This document shows positions 42,882 through 57,100 of a stretch of DNA of 64,000 bases, one piece after another. Positions within the stretch are counted from its first letter, which is position 1, and every line of letters starts with the position of its first letter. The notes beneath the pieces are model-generated. The model was given only the letters and a program-made list of their open reading frames with translations. It did no database searches and was not told the DNA's origin. The DNA is from Trichoplax sp. H2 (taxonomy: Eukaryota): positions 434,001-498,000 of the forward strand of contig NOWV01000025.1 of assembly GCA_003344405.1 (NCBI GenBank). Direction: 5' to 3'. The translations under genes and the position numbers were made by a program.

Positions 42882-43462
42882 CGTTACAAATCTTCTTTGT
42901 AACAAGAAACCGGGTCTTAAACACTATCTTCACTAGTACTTGTGTTCCCAACTAGCTTAGGGACCTATCGTAGTTGAACTAACTCTCAGCTACACAAAAA
43001 ACTACTATTGAGTAATAGATTTCAATACTTTACTTTATTTTCGTTAACCTTAGTCGTAAAATGTACTAAAAAAAAACGTAAGAATATTCTTAGCAATAAT
43101 AGTCAAAAGATCCTGTAAATGACTAACTGGAACTGAGAAGCTAAGCTAGTGCTCCGCTTTTTATAGTCTCGCCGATAGTACACTTGTGAATATTCTTGAA
43201 ATAGCGGCTTACACTGTACAGTGTACATATCCTAGTATAGCAACTAGAGCCTCAAGGCTCTGCAAATTAATCGATCTTACACTTAAGGTGTTATTAATTA
43301 ACGTTTACAGACTAAGCGTGTTCGCTCCGACACGTCAACAAAATTGAACAAGTACTTATGAATAAACATTAATATCTAATAAGCTACTGGAGTAAACAAT
43401 AATTTAAATGAGATATTTTAATTAACGTAACAATTAATATTTCGGAGCATGGCTCCGAAACA
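42882..43462 (-). mobile_element. Probable solo-LTR-like element, family E
   Basis: acctc flanks both ends; right end ...gaaaca, left end cgtt (one change from tgtt); minus-strand tataaaa and aataaa; hairpin ttcggagcatggctccgaa at the terminus. The left boundary could instead be 42767. Confidence 0.55.
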
Positions 43463-43504
43463 ACCTCGTAACAAATTACGATTGATAAGAGTATAATACT
43501 ACGA

Positions 43505-44046
43505 TGTAATGTAACTAGTATTGTGATTGTAGACTGTTAGCCATGTTTAGTATAATGTACGGTAGATATTTATCCTAAGAGATATTTGGTAGCTATAACT
43601 ATAGACTGTAGTGGTAGAGGCTCTATGCTAGAGTACAGATGACTATATACAGTAAGGTGTTGAGTTACGTTATAGGTAAAAATAGAACTGTAAATCATAT
43701 ATTAGGATATGGTTAATTCATTGTACTTTGGCTGGTGTGAGTAATGTCTACGAAGTACTGTAGTCGTATCCATATTGGATTAATGATGGTCCGCAGTAGA
43801 ATAGTCTTACTAAGAATAATTTAACTATGTGTAATATAAGGTAAAAGGTTGCCATGCGGATTGTAGCTGCGAATGCTGCGAAAAGTATAAAAGCATGCAA
43901 CTTTAGATTATTCTGTTAGTTCGTTGTAGAAGTCTTTAGTAGTAGTATTCGGCTGAAGTAGAGCTGTGTTTAGTTAATCTTTGTATAAGATTCAACAAAG
44001 CCTTATTTTTCTAAAATTTGGAATCTCGTGATTGGTATATATCACA
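43505..44046 (+). mobile_element. Solo-LTR-like element, family A
   Basis: tgtaatgtaac...tatatcaca, TSD tacga/tacgg. Confidence 0.9.
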
Positions 44047-45026
44047 TACGGATATAAGATAATTGATTGCATGATAGAATGTAACTCAAATAGGTAAAGA
44101 AATCTCTTCATTATTCGTGATACTTAAGCTAAACTACAATAAGAAATAAATATCATCGAACATTAATTTTGACACACTTTACCAATATACGTGAATGAAA
44201 AGTTATTGATCTTATCGGAATTTGAAACTAATCAATACTCAATGCTATCAAGTCAGTGAAGGAAAAGAGTATTATCGAAATTAATTTCTCGTATAGCACA
44301 ATATTCCATTGATGTAGATTTAACTTATAAATTTCTTACCTTACTCAGTAATATCAAGTAAAATCAGTAAAATAAAAGAATAGCATCGAAATTTTTTTCA
44401 TTTATAATACAATATTCTTTTGAAGTAGATATAACTTATAAATTCTTGCACTAATAGTGACTTTACAACAAAATTAATTGACTTGAACAGATCCTGTTGT
44501 AAGTATTCCTTTTATACTCTATATTTTACAAAAAAAATTAATGCTGCTAAAGAGAGTACGAAGAGTGATTCCGATACTATAAGCCACATTTTTAAATACA
44601 TCTATTTGAATTTCTTATAGTAGTCAAGATCTTAAACAAGTTCAGTTCAGGAAGTGAATCCTATTAAAAGCAGTTCTTAGTATTCATTAATACTCAATTT
44701 AAATCAGTGGGGAAGTTCTTGTAGTGAGATTTAAAACCTAAAGTGGAATAGCTGAAGAAACTAATATTTAACCAATATAACTCCAATTATTCTCTATTTG
44801 ATGTTATTATTACGCAATTTATCGAATTACTGCTTTGCAATTATTTGCTACGAAATACTTTTAAATAAAATCCAAGAAGGAATTGCATACTGCTGGAAGC
44901 ATAATCGTTATTGCAGGATATTCTATTTAACTAGTTGAACAAGTATTTGTAGCCCTTGTAGTATACCAAGCATTGAAGGTAATTCATAGGTTGAATTATT
45001 AAAGACAAAGAAAGCCTTCCATAAGA

Positions 45027-46283
45027 TCACAGTTCAAACACGATAGAAGCCTCATCTTTATCTGGTATTTCGTTAATATTAATATTAGATGCAATTAATC
45101 TTGTCGGCGTAATCTGTCTTGGTGAGGAATCAGTACTCGTTAGAGTTACTAAGTTGCTTGTTTCAGTTAATACGCGCTAATTAAAACAAGAATTGAGCAA
45201 TTTTTAATAGTTTCAGCATAATCCAAGGACTTAGCTAGAACGAAACTGCTGATACACCTAGCAGTCAACGTTTAATATGTATGGTATATTTGTAATATCT
45301 ATCCTAAACTAAAAGCTGATAAATATGATACAAGTACGCCAGTAATGTCTCTGCTATGGCGCTATTTGACCTATAGTTATGTCTCCATACTTTAGCTTCT
45401 TGGATATCTGACACCTTCGTTATGGCTATGATAGAAATAGCTATAGCAGATTACTGTAGATCTAATTAGAACGATCTTCGAAAATATAGGACTTGATATA
45501 ATTACCGTTCGTATCAAAGGTCCAGAGTAACCACTCGCTGTAAGAAATAAAGAAATATTTCAAAATAAATCATTAACGTAGAATGATTATAATTGGTAAA
45601 CTGACAAATAACACTGAGACATATGTTTTAATTACTAACATTTGCGATATTTAATATTACCATGCAATTTTATAAATTCGACTTTAAATCAGATCTATTT
45701 TTAGTCCAGATCATTAGTATCGTCTGTTTAACATTTACTCGATATCATAGCATAACCAAATCAGCAAAATAAAATGTTCTTCCTTGTGAGAGACATTTAT
45801 CGATGATATTACGCTGATTTTATCGACTAAAAGATCAAGTTCCGCATATATCAGTAACTTTCTAGTTAAAATCTCACACTACTCTTACGAGTATCAAATG
45901 CGTTGGTAGAACACGAATCATCTTCTTTTCCAGAATTGTTTGGCTTTTGACTCGATGTCACTCCGCTTGTCAATTTCACAGGCTGTTATTGAATTTTAGA
46001 TGCACATTTCATCAGTTTGATAGATTAAATAGATCGATTTCAATAAATAGACGCTTTCAAGGTTTCAATTAGGTTAATTTCTATTAGTAGTATATGTTAA
46101 CAAAGCAGTGCTTCTCTAAATTTACTTTTTTCACTATAGAATAAGCAAAAAGAATTGGAAATAGCTTAAGGTTTAAAAAGTCATTAATCAGATTTACTTT
46201 TAATGCTGTTGAAAAGTCTCTATGTACTTTATACTGCTTGTCAATCCATAGCGATCAGTTAATCGCCTTAACGCAGTTCGGAC
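45027..46283 (-). pseudogene. Duplicated four-exon C-terminal tail homologous to paralog 3 (alternative tail, or 3' remnant of a fourth paralog)
   Basis: 46198-46283 VRTALRRLTDRYGLTS[+5 nt][11 protein letters not shown] vs 49248-49328 [27 protein letters not shown]; 45889-45982 PVK..FDT vs 48913-49003 PLK..FDA; 45506-45537 xSGY.. vs 48429-48463 xSGC..; 45027-45176 ..LIASNININEIP..VFEL* vs 48113-48271 ..[15 protein letters not shown]. Phases match. Confidence 0.85.
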
Positions 46284-46354
46284 CTAGTGATAGTTTTAAG
46301 GTATCATAAGCTATGCTAGTATGATAGCATAATCTAAATACAGTTCTATAGAAT

Positions 46355-46433
46355 TGTAATGTAACATAGTATTGTGATTGTAGACTGTTAGTCATGTTTA
46401 GTATAATGTACGGTAGATATTTATCCTAGGAGA
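46355..46433 (+). mobile_element. Truncated family A element (first ~79 bp only)
   Basis: tgtaatgtaacatagtattgtgattgtagactg...ttatcctaggaga matches the family A 5' end, then similarity stops. Confidence 0.85.
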
Positions 46434-46605
46434 AAGCTTATTGCGTTTAATTTTCTTCATTCTGTGATTTTGACTAATATTCAAATCAGAATATTCATTT
46501 CAATGACATCGGAGCAAATAATTTAAGTATGCATATGCAACATTGCTATAAAATTTGAAAACTTTTAATATTGAATCTCACTTAATTAAATAATTAACAA
46601 AACTA

Positions 46606-46891
46606 GTTGGCAGCAATAGAACTTGATAAGATTCGATTATCGTCCATGTAATGAAAAATTAACGACAAACAAATGTAGTCAGCATATCAGTGTTCTAGTC
46701 AAAAGGGTTATATCTGCAACATTTTAGAAGAAGTATATTGATTTAATTCTTCACTTGAGCCAAATTTAACCAAATTCTTAGAACTATTTCAACCGCTGTA
46801 AATTAATCAAGATATATTACGATAAAATGGGTCATTAATTTTTCATTACATGGACGATAATCGAATCTTATCAAGTTCTATTGCTGCCAAC
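46606..46891. repeat. Long inverted repeat (61-bp arms, 1 mismatch, 164-bp spacer), MITE-like or hairpin
   Basis: 46606-46666 gttggcagcaatagaacttgataagattcg... is the reverse complement of 46831-46891. Confidence 0.9.
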
Positions 46892-48112
46892 ATTTATGTG
46901 TATCATAATTTCAAAACTAAAATAGGTGTAGATCTTTATTTCATCACATAGTTTACCATATTATCAGCGATTTTCCTCTATGCACATTATACATACATCA
47001 CGAACCAAAATTCATAATATAACAATACAAGGAAATTGTTGACATAAGAATACCTATACACTAACTAACAATATTCTCGATAACAGTTTATAATGAAGCA
47101 AGTAAATACTTTCTTGCTGCACATACTATTTACTGTATTAGAGTCAGATAATAAAACATATGACTTATAGAATAATTGTCATAAAATAACTATGCAGAAA
47201 TTACTTTAAGTACGACCTGAGTAGGAATTAGATGAAATCGAGCCTCTTCTTACTATTTTTGGTTTATAGCTAACTCTACCAATACATTAGGTAAATGATT
47301 TAAATTGAAATACATAGCCGCTATGCAAAGATTTATAAGTTGAAAATGAGACACTTTTGGCAATCTCTAATAACTTTAATCTCCTAAGAATTCCATATTT
47401 TAATACTTCTATGCTGTATTAATGGGTCTAAAGCAATCATTCTAAATGTATTTTTAGATTATTTATTATTTATAGTAAGCTCTATCTCGTTTACATAGGT
47501 ATTCGAATTTACAGTCATGCAGTTCGGAATATATCGTGAATCTGCGACGTTTTAAGACTTACGGATATAGTGTTGCAAGGTTGTGAATAATTTACATTTG
47601 CTATGCAGGCGATATTATAATCTAAAGTAAATCATGAACTTCTTAGCCATATTTAGAAATCTTAGTCTCGAACCTGGAAGACTAAAATAATTCAGTTTGA
47701 GTCTAAAGAAGGAGAATTGTTGACACAAATATTATCAATCGATCGATTCTCCTGGGCAAGAGGATAGCTGTTAAATTTCCATAGGACAAAAGTAATAGCT
47801 AGCAGGAGAATCAATTTATCATCATTTCCACAGCATAGTCAACACAATGATAACCTTAAATTGTATATTATATTTTAATATAATTAGAGCTATTCAATCT
47901 AACATGATTCAAAACATTCGGTGGAATGTGAATATACAAACATAAATTATCTATGGCATTGTTTAATTGCAGTTTCACGGTTTCACAGAAATATAGATTA
48001 TGGTAGCGGCAGTATATTGTCGATAATATTAGTAATGGCATTAGATACAGAATAGAAACGTACGAAAGGCAAATAATCAAGATATTTAACAACAGATCTC
48101 CAGTAATATTCT

Positions 48113-51100
48113 TTAATTTATAATTTGATGAGAATGACTTGCTGATAATTTGTTTTCTGGAATCTCGTTGATATTAATATCAGGTCCGATTAATGATTTC
48201 GATTTAGTCATTTTATTCACTGTATTGGCTTCATTGATTATGATTAGATCTTTATTACGATTTAATGATCGCTAAAATTGTTGAATAATTTGGATAATGG
48301 ATTAAAAGAAGCGAATCTATGCAGCTTATTGAGTATCTAATCTACTGTTACCAGGTAATATAACGATCTACAGTATGATATTGGCCTATCTCGGCTTCCG
48401 CTATAGAGTAGTTATACATTTAAATTACCTTCTTTGACTTGGATTTATTATTACATCCAGAGGCTAAATATCAATTTAAAAACAGGTTAGGCATCCAGTA
48501 GTCATGCTTACGATTAATGAATATCTTTTCAGTATTCAATTGAGTAGCATAAGACACGAAATAATTTATAAAAGTTTATCTCAACGCGATATAAAATTCT
48601 TCACTATCATAAAGACAAAATTTTGATAAAGTATTTTACGTGGGGCTAGATTACTGCTGATATCCATAATACTCGCTTCCAGAAGCCTAACACACGATAA
48701 TTCAGGCACGTTATATTATAATTGCTATCAAAGATAACTTCCTAAAAGCAGCCTCTTTGCTACAAGATACTAACAGTTTGATAAAGTTTTCCATGGTCCA
48801 ATACACGAGCATATCAAGAGCTGTCATATTCAACTAATTTTGCGCTAACTATTTTATGATATATGATTTTATATTGTAGTATCAAAAATGTTGAAACCCC
48901 TTTTAATTTTACCTGCATCAAATGGACGTGCAGAATGTGGTTCTTCTTCTTGTGAGGAATTCTTTGCTCCAGTTGCTACACCTTCTGTCGTTGACTTGAG
49001 TGGCTATGAAACCATTAAAATGAATGACATCATAAATATTTATAATTGAAGGATCAGAAGCATAGTATATTTCTTGAATAGAATTAGCAAAAATGTTAGA
49101 CTACATCAAATAGTATAGCTAAATCATAGGATAAAGGCCGATAAAAGTATTAAAAACCCTTAGTAAGATACGTGAAAATCAGCTAAAAGTAGAATAATTC
49201 TCGAATAATTCTCTTTATTTTTAAAGATTTTGCATCTTTAATACTACCTTAAGAGCGGTAGAAAAATCTCTATGCAATTTACTCGTAAGCCCATAACGGT
49301 TCATAAATCGGCGAAAGCCATTTCGAACCTAAGCCAGGATAGTATCAAGAATAATTTCATATAATCACTTGTAACTTATTTATCACTATTGCAAGTAAGG
49401 TATTAGACTTGATTATTTTTGATTTAGCATATTGTGATGTACATTAGAACTAAATACAATAGCTGCTTAAAAATCTAATTCATTTAGTGCAAATTTTAAT
49501 TAGAAGAGAAATGGAACACGACTATTAGCAACTTACCTCTGAATTGTAGACGCACTGTGATATAAAAATAAAAACCCCCTAAAGAGTAGAAAAATCCTTA
49601 CGGTAAGAAAATTTGGTTACAAGGCATAGGAATATAATGGATGAGCTCAGGAGGAAAATTCATCTGATGGGATCAAATTATAACATTTTATTGGTATTAA
49701 TTTGTTATAATACCTGCAAGCCGTTCAATATCACGAATAAATATGCAAAGAAGACGGTATTATCATCGGCTGCTAAAAGACCAAATGTCCATGTTAAGCC
49801 TAGCAAAGGCATTAGAAGAATAATGGCTCTCGTAGCAGTCCTGAAGGAAAATAACTGTTATAAGACTTGACTCTTTTAAATTTATAAGCATTTAACTCTT
49901 AATTATGTTTCAATATTATGATAATACTAATTATCTCATTGACGATATTTCAATCTCAAATTTTAATTAAATATCCTTATAATCAAGTAATTTAGCAATT
50001 TTACCTTAAATTTCTAAAATGTTGATTGCCAGTTCTAACGGCTACTGCTGCTGTTTTACTTATTGCAATTTTCGTAACAATCAGCATAATAATGAAATTG
50101 ATCTATAATAAGGAAATTAATGAAAGTAATGTAAATAAGGAGCTATACTATCCTTAGAGCTATATTCCTTACTATCCTTTTTAAATTTAATACAGTTTAG
50201 AATTGAATAGCAGAAAGGCAGTGTATCGTTAACAATTTAATTTTGAACAAAATCACGATAATTTTTTATTTATACTACTCCAAATTAAAATAAAATATTG
50301 TGAAATATTATAGAAAAGAATGTCTTAAATAAGACACTTATTCCTTTTAAGCTTGAATCTGAGACAAAAGACATGAAAGAAAAGTGATAATTGGATATTC
50401 TATTTTTATGATTTATTGTGATGTAAATGATTGCTAAATGATAATTGTACTCACCAAAATAATAACTATTGCAGGCCCTGCAAAGGCCCAAATAAGTCCA
50501 TTACCTATAGAAAGCCAACAACTACGAAATAAATTAGTATTTTAGCATTTAAAATTAACATTTTATTTTGGATTTTCCAAGATTTTGACTTCTAGATACA
50601 ATCTTATGCACGTTGTCCTTACTTTTAAAAATTGTACCAATTAGATCTCATTTTATTGTATGAGCTATACCTAGCAATTTAATTACTGGAAAGGATCGAT
50701 ATTATCAACAGAAATATAGTAAATGATGCAAGCATAGTTATATACAATCTGCTAGCCTTATAACTACAATCAAAAGTAAGGATAAGATAAATTCAATTAA
50801 ATTTTGCAAATGCTATCAGGATATCGAAGCCTGAAGGCAAACTGAAAATCGGAAAGATCTAAAATCATAATACTGGATGCTAATACTAGCACAAAAATCG
50901 AACGATTCCATCCACATTTCCATTAGTTAATTCATGAATATATTTTAAGTAAATTATTATTAATGAATGATACAAGTACACCATCAAATTTAAAACTAAT
51001 TCTACGAAGTTAAATGATATCTTATCTATCTGCAATATCAGCCAGAAAATAAAATTTCAGGTTATTCTTAGCATTAAGTGATATTAGGACTCTTTATTAC

Positions 51101-54100
51101 CTTCCATTACTTCCATAATCATGGTAGCGTATTGCTGCCGATAATCCTGTAATAATGATTGGAATTCCTACATTGTCATCACACACAATGTACAATCGTA
51201 TAAATTATGAATTTTGCTGAAATTGAATGTATATGTTCAAGTGATTTTCATAACTATTGGAATAGCGAAGAATACCAATGATTTTAAACTAAACATTTTA
51301 CCCCATCCAATTGCACAGTAAAGGAGTGAACGGTCTTTTTCATCGAATACTGTTACAATTTGCAAATACAAGTGAAGGCCTTCTACCAACATCCACATAA
51401 AAACTGATAAATAGCATAGATGGAGACCAATAGCTAAGATCCTGCATAATATCTATAAAGGATTATTTTGAGAATGCAATAATCTGATTCAGTCTCTCTT
51501 CTAGCATTGATTGATTTATAACTAATAGTAATAATGTACCGGTACAGCTGAAACATTCATTCCAATTAGCAGACATATTTGAGCAAGAAAGAGCGCTAAT
51601 ATCAAATGCTTATGGATATTATATCTCTCTGAATTCAATCTAACGAGAAAGAAACAAAGGATCGGCTAAGAAATTAATGCAAGTAAATAAGTGATCGCAT
51701 ATATATAACTCAGATAATAGACATAATGAATATATGCGTATACCAATTTACCTTAGCAAACCAAATAAGACCACAGTTATAAACAGAAATATTTGCGATA
51801 TACCGCAAAAAATGTAAGTTAAAACCTCCAAAATTTTCCTATCTTTTCGTGCAAGCTTGTGTAATTTTTTATACATAAAGGGAAATGCATTTATTCATAG
51901 TGTTTCTCAACTTTCTATCACATTAATAGATATCATAATAAGAGAAATTTATATTTCCCTATTTTTTACCTCTTGACCCGAAACTCTCATTAATACTGCA
52001 AATTGAGTTAAATGTCGGCAGTGGCAGACAGTATGTGTTTTGTTACTAGAAATTAGTTTACAACCGGTAGCAGACCAACTCCCATCTTTCCTATAGTTAT
52101 GGGATTGAAACCGTAGTATTCAGATATGGAGATGTTCTATTTTGTTGCAATATTTAAAAACTAGATAGCAGTATCTATTTTCAGCATGATCAACATTTCT
52201 CCTAGTTACCTTACCCTATTGTAAAGTCCCAATGAACGCAAGTAACATTAATGGATGAAATATCCTAAGTCAAAGAATAGAAACAAAGTGCTAGCTTTAG
52301 AAAATGGTTTAAAATAACACAACTAATCACAATTCTCTCTGTGTTAGAGCTGCAATATATATTTTATATTAGTTGCCTGTAACAATATTACTAAAAGTAG
52401 CTAATATGTATCATGTCAGTTGGCACAGCTACAGCATAGAGTATTGGGATATACCTACACGGAATCATTTTCTATACAAATAATATCATATAGCACTACC
52501 GTTAACGTCATGATTATGCAAGCAAACACTATTTTGTAAATAGATGCAAGCTTAAAACGATCAAGAAGTGGATAACATAAAGATAAATAAATAGGCAAGA
52601 TGAAAGAATAAAAATCCAAACTAGGTAGAAGTTAGAGTAGAATAAAATTATAGCTATGAAAAGCATCGTTTTAACGCACTGTAAAAAGTAAAAACGGATA
52701 AAAAATATAATAACTAGAATTTCGTCTTCTTGCGTATTTGTGGTATGAGAATATTAAAAATTTAAATTTCTAAGCCCAAACAAAAAAAAATTATTATTGG
52801 TAATTACTTAACTCATAATTGGTAGTACTTGCCTTAAGATGTGCCAGAGTAAATTGGAAGGGATAATCCCAACTTAGTCTACTTACTGGCAACGTTAAAG
52901 AACTTATAATATCAGAATTGATGATTTCTCCGGCTACATCAATGCTAAATAAAAATAAAATTTTTAGGCAGCATATACAGTCGATAGTATTATCCGTAAA
53001 TTTTATTCGTGCTATGAATAAGCTATATTACTTCTACTCGTAGTAACATGTTAATATGCAGTACCTTCCTTCATTAGGCCTTTTCAAATCTCTATTTATT
53101 AGGTGATTCAAGGTTGTATAATACGATGCAGCAACTGATATTGCACCAGATACTTTCCAAATTTTAAAATATAGAATATACATTAAATTGATACATGAAA
53201 TTTCACATTTAGAGAAATACCGATAGTGATTATGTTACTTTGGCAGTAGAAGCTCCGATTACCATAAGTGTTAAGTACGGGAAAAGTGCTTCATAGTATG
53301 ACTGCTTTCAAGCTGAAATATGGCATACACAAGCTACTACTACAACTAGAAGCTTAATGGCATGAACTAGATTCTAATAGCTGCTACATAGGGATTAGAT
53401 TATTTATACCATTCATATTGGACGCAGCATAGGAAGGCAAAATAAATTCATTAGCCAGTAACTCATTACCATATAATCTTCTGAAAGTAGTTCGATAAGG
53501 GTTTCGAAGAAAATCTTGAACCCGAATCCGTTGAATATGGAATGCTGTAAAAAGCAATGTTAATATAAGTTGACATCGAAAGTGAAGAGCGTAATCCATA
53601 TTCTCTATTGTGCCTTACCCTAATTATTATAGCACTTATGGAATACAATTATCTACAAGGACTATATAAACTAGGCAACCTCCTATTCGAGTATAAGTTT
53701 GACTAAGAAACATATCTGCATAAGAAAATCATATTTTACTGTTTTCTTAAGATAAATGTAGTACTCGATAGCAAGTACTGATGAGGATATACTATTAAAT
53801 ATGCGCATACAAGTTATTTACTTATTATATTTTTAAAATAAAATTTCAAGTTTAAAATGTAAGAGCAATGTAGAGTATGAATATTTACGATTTGGAGTCC
53901 TTTGAATTATATTTTTAAAATTATGAAGTAAGCGAGATACTTCTTATGGATGCTATAACGACTAGTTGATGATACGAGTTTAAAGTACTACCATTAGTTT
54001 TTTTATTATAAGAATGATGAAGTGATATATCCGATAATCTACTTAACCCTTCTTTCTGCTGTAAGTTTATATATCTAGGTTACATACTCAACAAGTAAAC

Positions 54101-57100
54101 ATTGTAGATATACATACTACACTAATATCGATTTTTATAATATAAAATCAGACAGGCTTAGCAATTCTTGGATAACTTACTCATTTCAGGAGAGTTAACA
54201 ATGAAAACACTTTCAAGTTCAAGATTTTCCGCTACTTGTGTAGTGTAAACGTGAGTAATCTTCATTAATCTCTTTAGATCTGTCAACTATGTAAGTAAAG
54301 AGAGTCAAGCTTCTATGGTAGTCAATGAAGATCATTCTGATGATCAATTTAATGAAAGTTAATTTCATAAGAAATATTACTCTATCAGCGGCTAAAACGA
54401 TATTATCCTTGCTAGTTAGATCGGTCATGACGTTGAAGAAATCCTAATGGATAGATCAACCGGAGATTATTCTATTACCAGAATTTTAATGTTATTGGTG
54501 TTAAATTGTCATTGTTGATGCTAAATATTTCAATAGTAACTTAAATACTAAAAGCTACTATATTAGAATTAAACTAAAAGAAAGGCTAACTCCGAACTTT
54601 TTGGTATAATATTATTCTAAATTATACCAGTCGTAGTAGAGTAACTGGTAGAATTCTTCTATAAATATAGCTATTTATAATTATTAACAATAAAATTGCT
54701 ATCACAATACAGTATTAAAGGATACCCAATTCTTAATGTAGCAATCGTAAAACTTTTTAAACATCAAAATTAGTATCACTGTTTGAAAAATTATTGTTAT
54801 GCTTCTACAATTTAGGTTACCTTAAAATAGCTTTCCTTGATTTCACATGATTCATTCTGAATTTTAACCATGAGTTGCAATCGATCCAAAATTCTTGCCG
54901 AAAAATTAAGGTCTTGGCTAGTGATATTTTTCGAGCTTTTGAATACATTATGGAGCTCTTGTAATACTTGGATGCCTGTTGTAACGGGTTTCTCATTTTC
55001 GATTAGAGTTGACTAAGAAATTAGTGAAAAGATAATCGAAATTTTGGTAAATGATTATAAAATTCATTGAATGCAAACAATTTTGTTGGATATGGTAACC
55101 TACTATAGAATAAAGAGCTTGAAACGCCGCGGACAGTCCAGTTTCTAAGTTACTAGCATTTATCCATGATGTAATTATTGATGTAGGCAAACTTGGTAAA
55201 GATTTTGAACTTGCCGGTGGTTCTATAAGATGAATTATAAACCAATAAATTAACTTACTGAGTAAGTCATGTATTAACCATTTATAAAACTATGTGTTGT
55301 TATAATCGTTTCATTGACAGTTTGATCTAATTCTAAGTTTTGCAATTGCCATTATTTTTGAGTTATTATAGATTATATACGACAAAATGAATTATTAATT
55401 ATAATAAAATTAAGCATTGGAGAAACATTTGAGATAAAATCACCTCAAATATTGAATTTTATGGCTAAGGAAATAAAGTGATACGATATATTTAATGATC
55501 AGAAAAAATTAGATTAAGCCTCTAACTCTAAATACTGCATTTGATGTTGAAGTTTCTCGCTAATTTAATTTAAATTAAATAGAAAAGGTAGTTGGTTTAT
55601 ACTCATAAAGATGTAGTTATAGCTTAATATGAAAGTATAATTACAGTATCAATTCACAGCCCTAAATGATTAGCTTTTACGCTGCTGCAGCCAACGAAAA
55701 CTAAAGAAAGTGTAATCTAAGATTGGAAGCATACTTTATTCAAATAATATCGCCATTCTTACCTTTAGTGCTGGAAGGTACGAATAATGAAGAATTATTT
55801 GTGCATGTTACAGATGACGCCATCACTATATCTATCAAAAATATATATGAAAGAATTTAGAGCGAATTCATTTTTCAAAATATGTGTGACATGCAATAGA
55901 AGATATTTTTAAACCAAAAGAATTAGCTGGGCAAGAAGACTCTAAAGCATAAAGAAATAGCTATTGATTAATGATATTATCCTTTAAATACGGACTTCGA
56001 TCTATTGGATATGTCTGTCCACTCCATCTAATTTGCAAAGATTTTAAGCACTCTAAGCATCAATAAATAATTTTTGATTAGTGATGCTATCCCTTAGTTA
56101 TTGACGTCTATCTTTTGGCATTATCTGTCAACTACATTTAATTTGCGAAGATTTCTAGCGCACTAAGATAAATCATCTCAGGTTATTATAACGAACATCG
56201 GTAAATATATTATTAAGGTACATTATTATTTATGTCATCATTTAAACTAAACTTTAAAGTTATTATTAAAATAGTATGAAAGTGTAGAACAATAATTTTC
56301 TCAATTCTATATTAGCTATAAATATAAAGCTCTTTTTATAGCATGATCAATTCCGAAACTTGCCCAAATGCTTTATAGCATTTTCATGATCCTGCTGAAT
56401 CTCAGATATTTTTTTTCATCCATTAAAATGAGAAAATATCTAAATTTTAGCATTAAATTGGAGTTAATACTCCATTCTAATCATCTGTAAAGATATTGAG
56501 TAGTACTGTAAAGAAAGATATGCCCAAGCTGATTTAACTGACTTTGCCACCGAAATTATCAGGGCATGAATTACGCCACCTTTTTAATTTGCTGATTAAG
56601 AAAACGCAAATACGAGAGCAATAGCAACTAATCAGCCTTGTACGTAGGAGCGATCAAGTTTGATACAACCGCAATAATGTGAATAATCCCTATAATACAA
56701 AATTCTGCAGCTACCATACTGATATTATCGCGAAACGAATGAATTCCGATTATCACTATATAATCACAACAATGTGAATAATCACTGTAATATAAAATTC
56801 TACAGCTGTTATACTATATCAGCGAAATATGAAGGTATACCGGCTATCAATATATCAAATCAATGGCTTTCAACTACTTACCATTTGACTGAAAATAAAT
56901 TTGGTTAAGTAGATTTAATTGCGGTTGAATGATAGGTAATAAGAGTAAAGGAAGTATCGTACTTAAAATCCAATTGTCACACACCGCTAGTGAAAAAGTA
57001 AATCTACAAACGCCTCTTACTGACTTAAAGAGACGAGATCAGCTATATCGCGCAATAATTCAGTTCCGATAACCGAATACTATAGTATAGTTTTAGCGTC

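Noticed and set aside
44340..44401. Signal-peptide-like segment possibly starting paralog 2
   Set aside because: It needs a 1-nt change in a homopolymer and no linking exon was found.
54993..55013. Suspected frameshift at a paralog 3 GAIN exon acceptor
   Set aside because: On re-reading, ag|TCA ACT CTA ATC is in phase 0 and intact.
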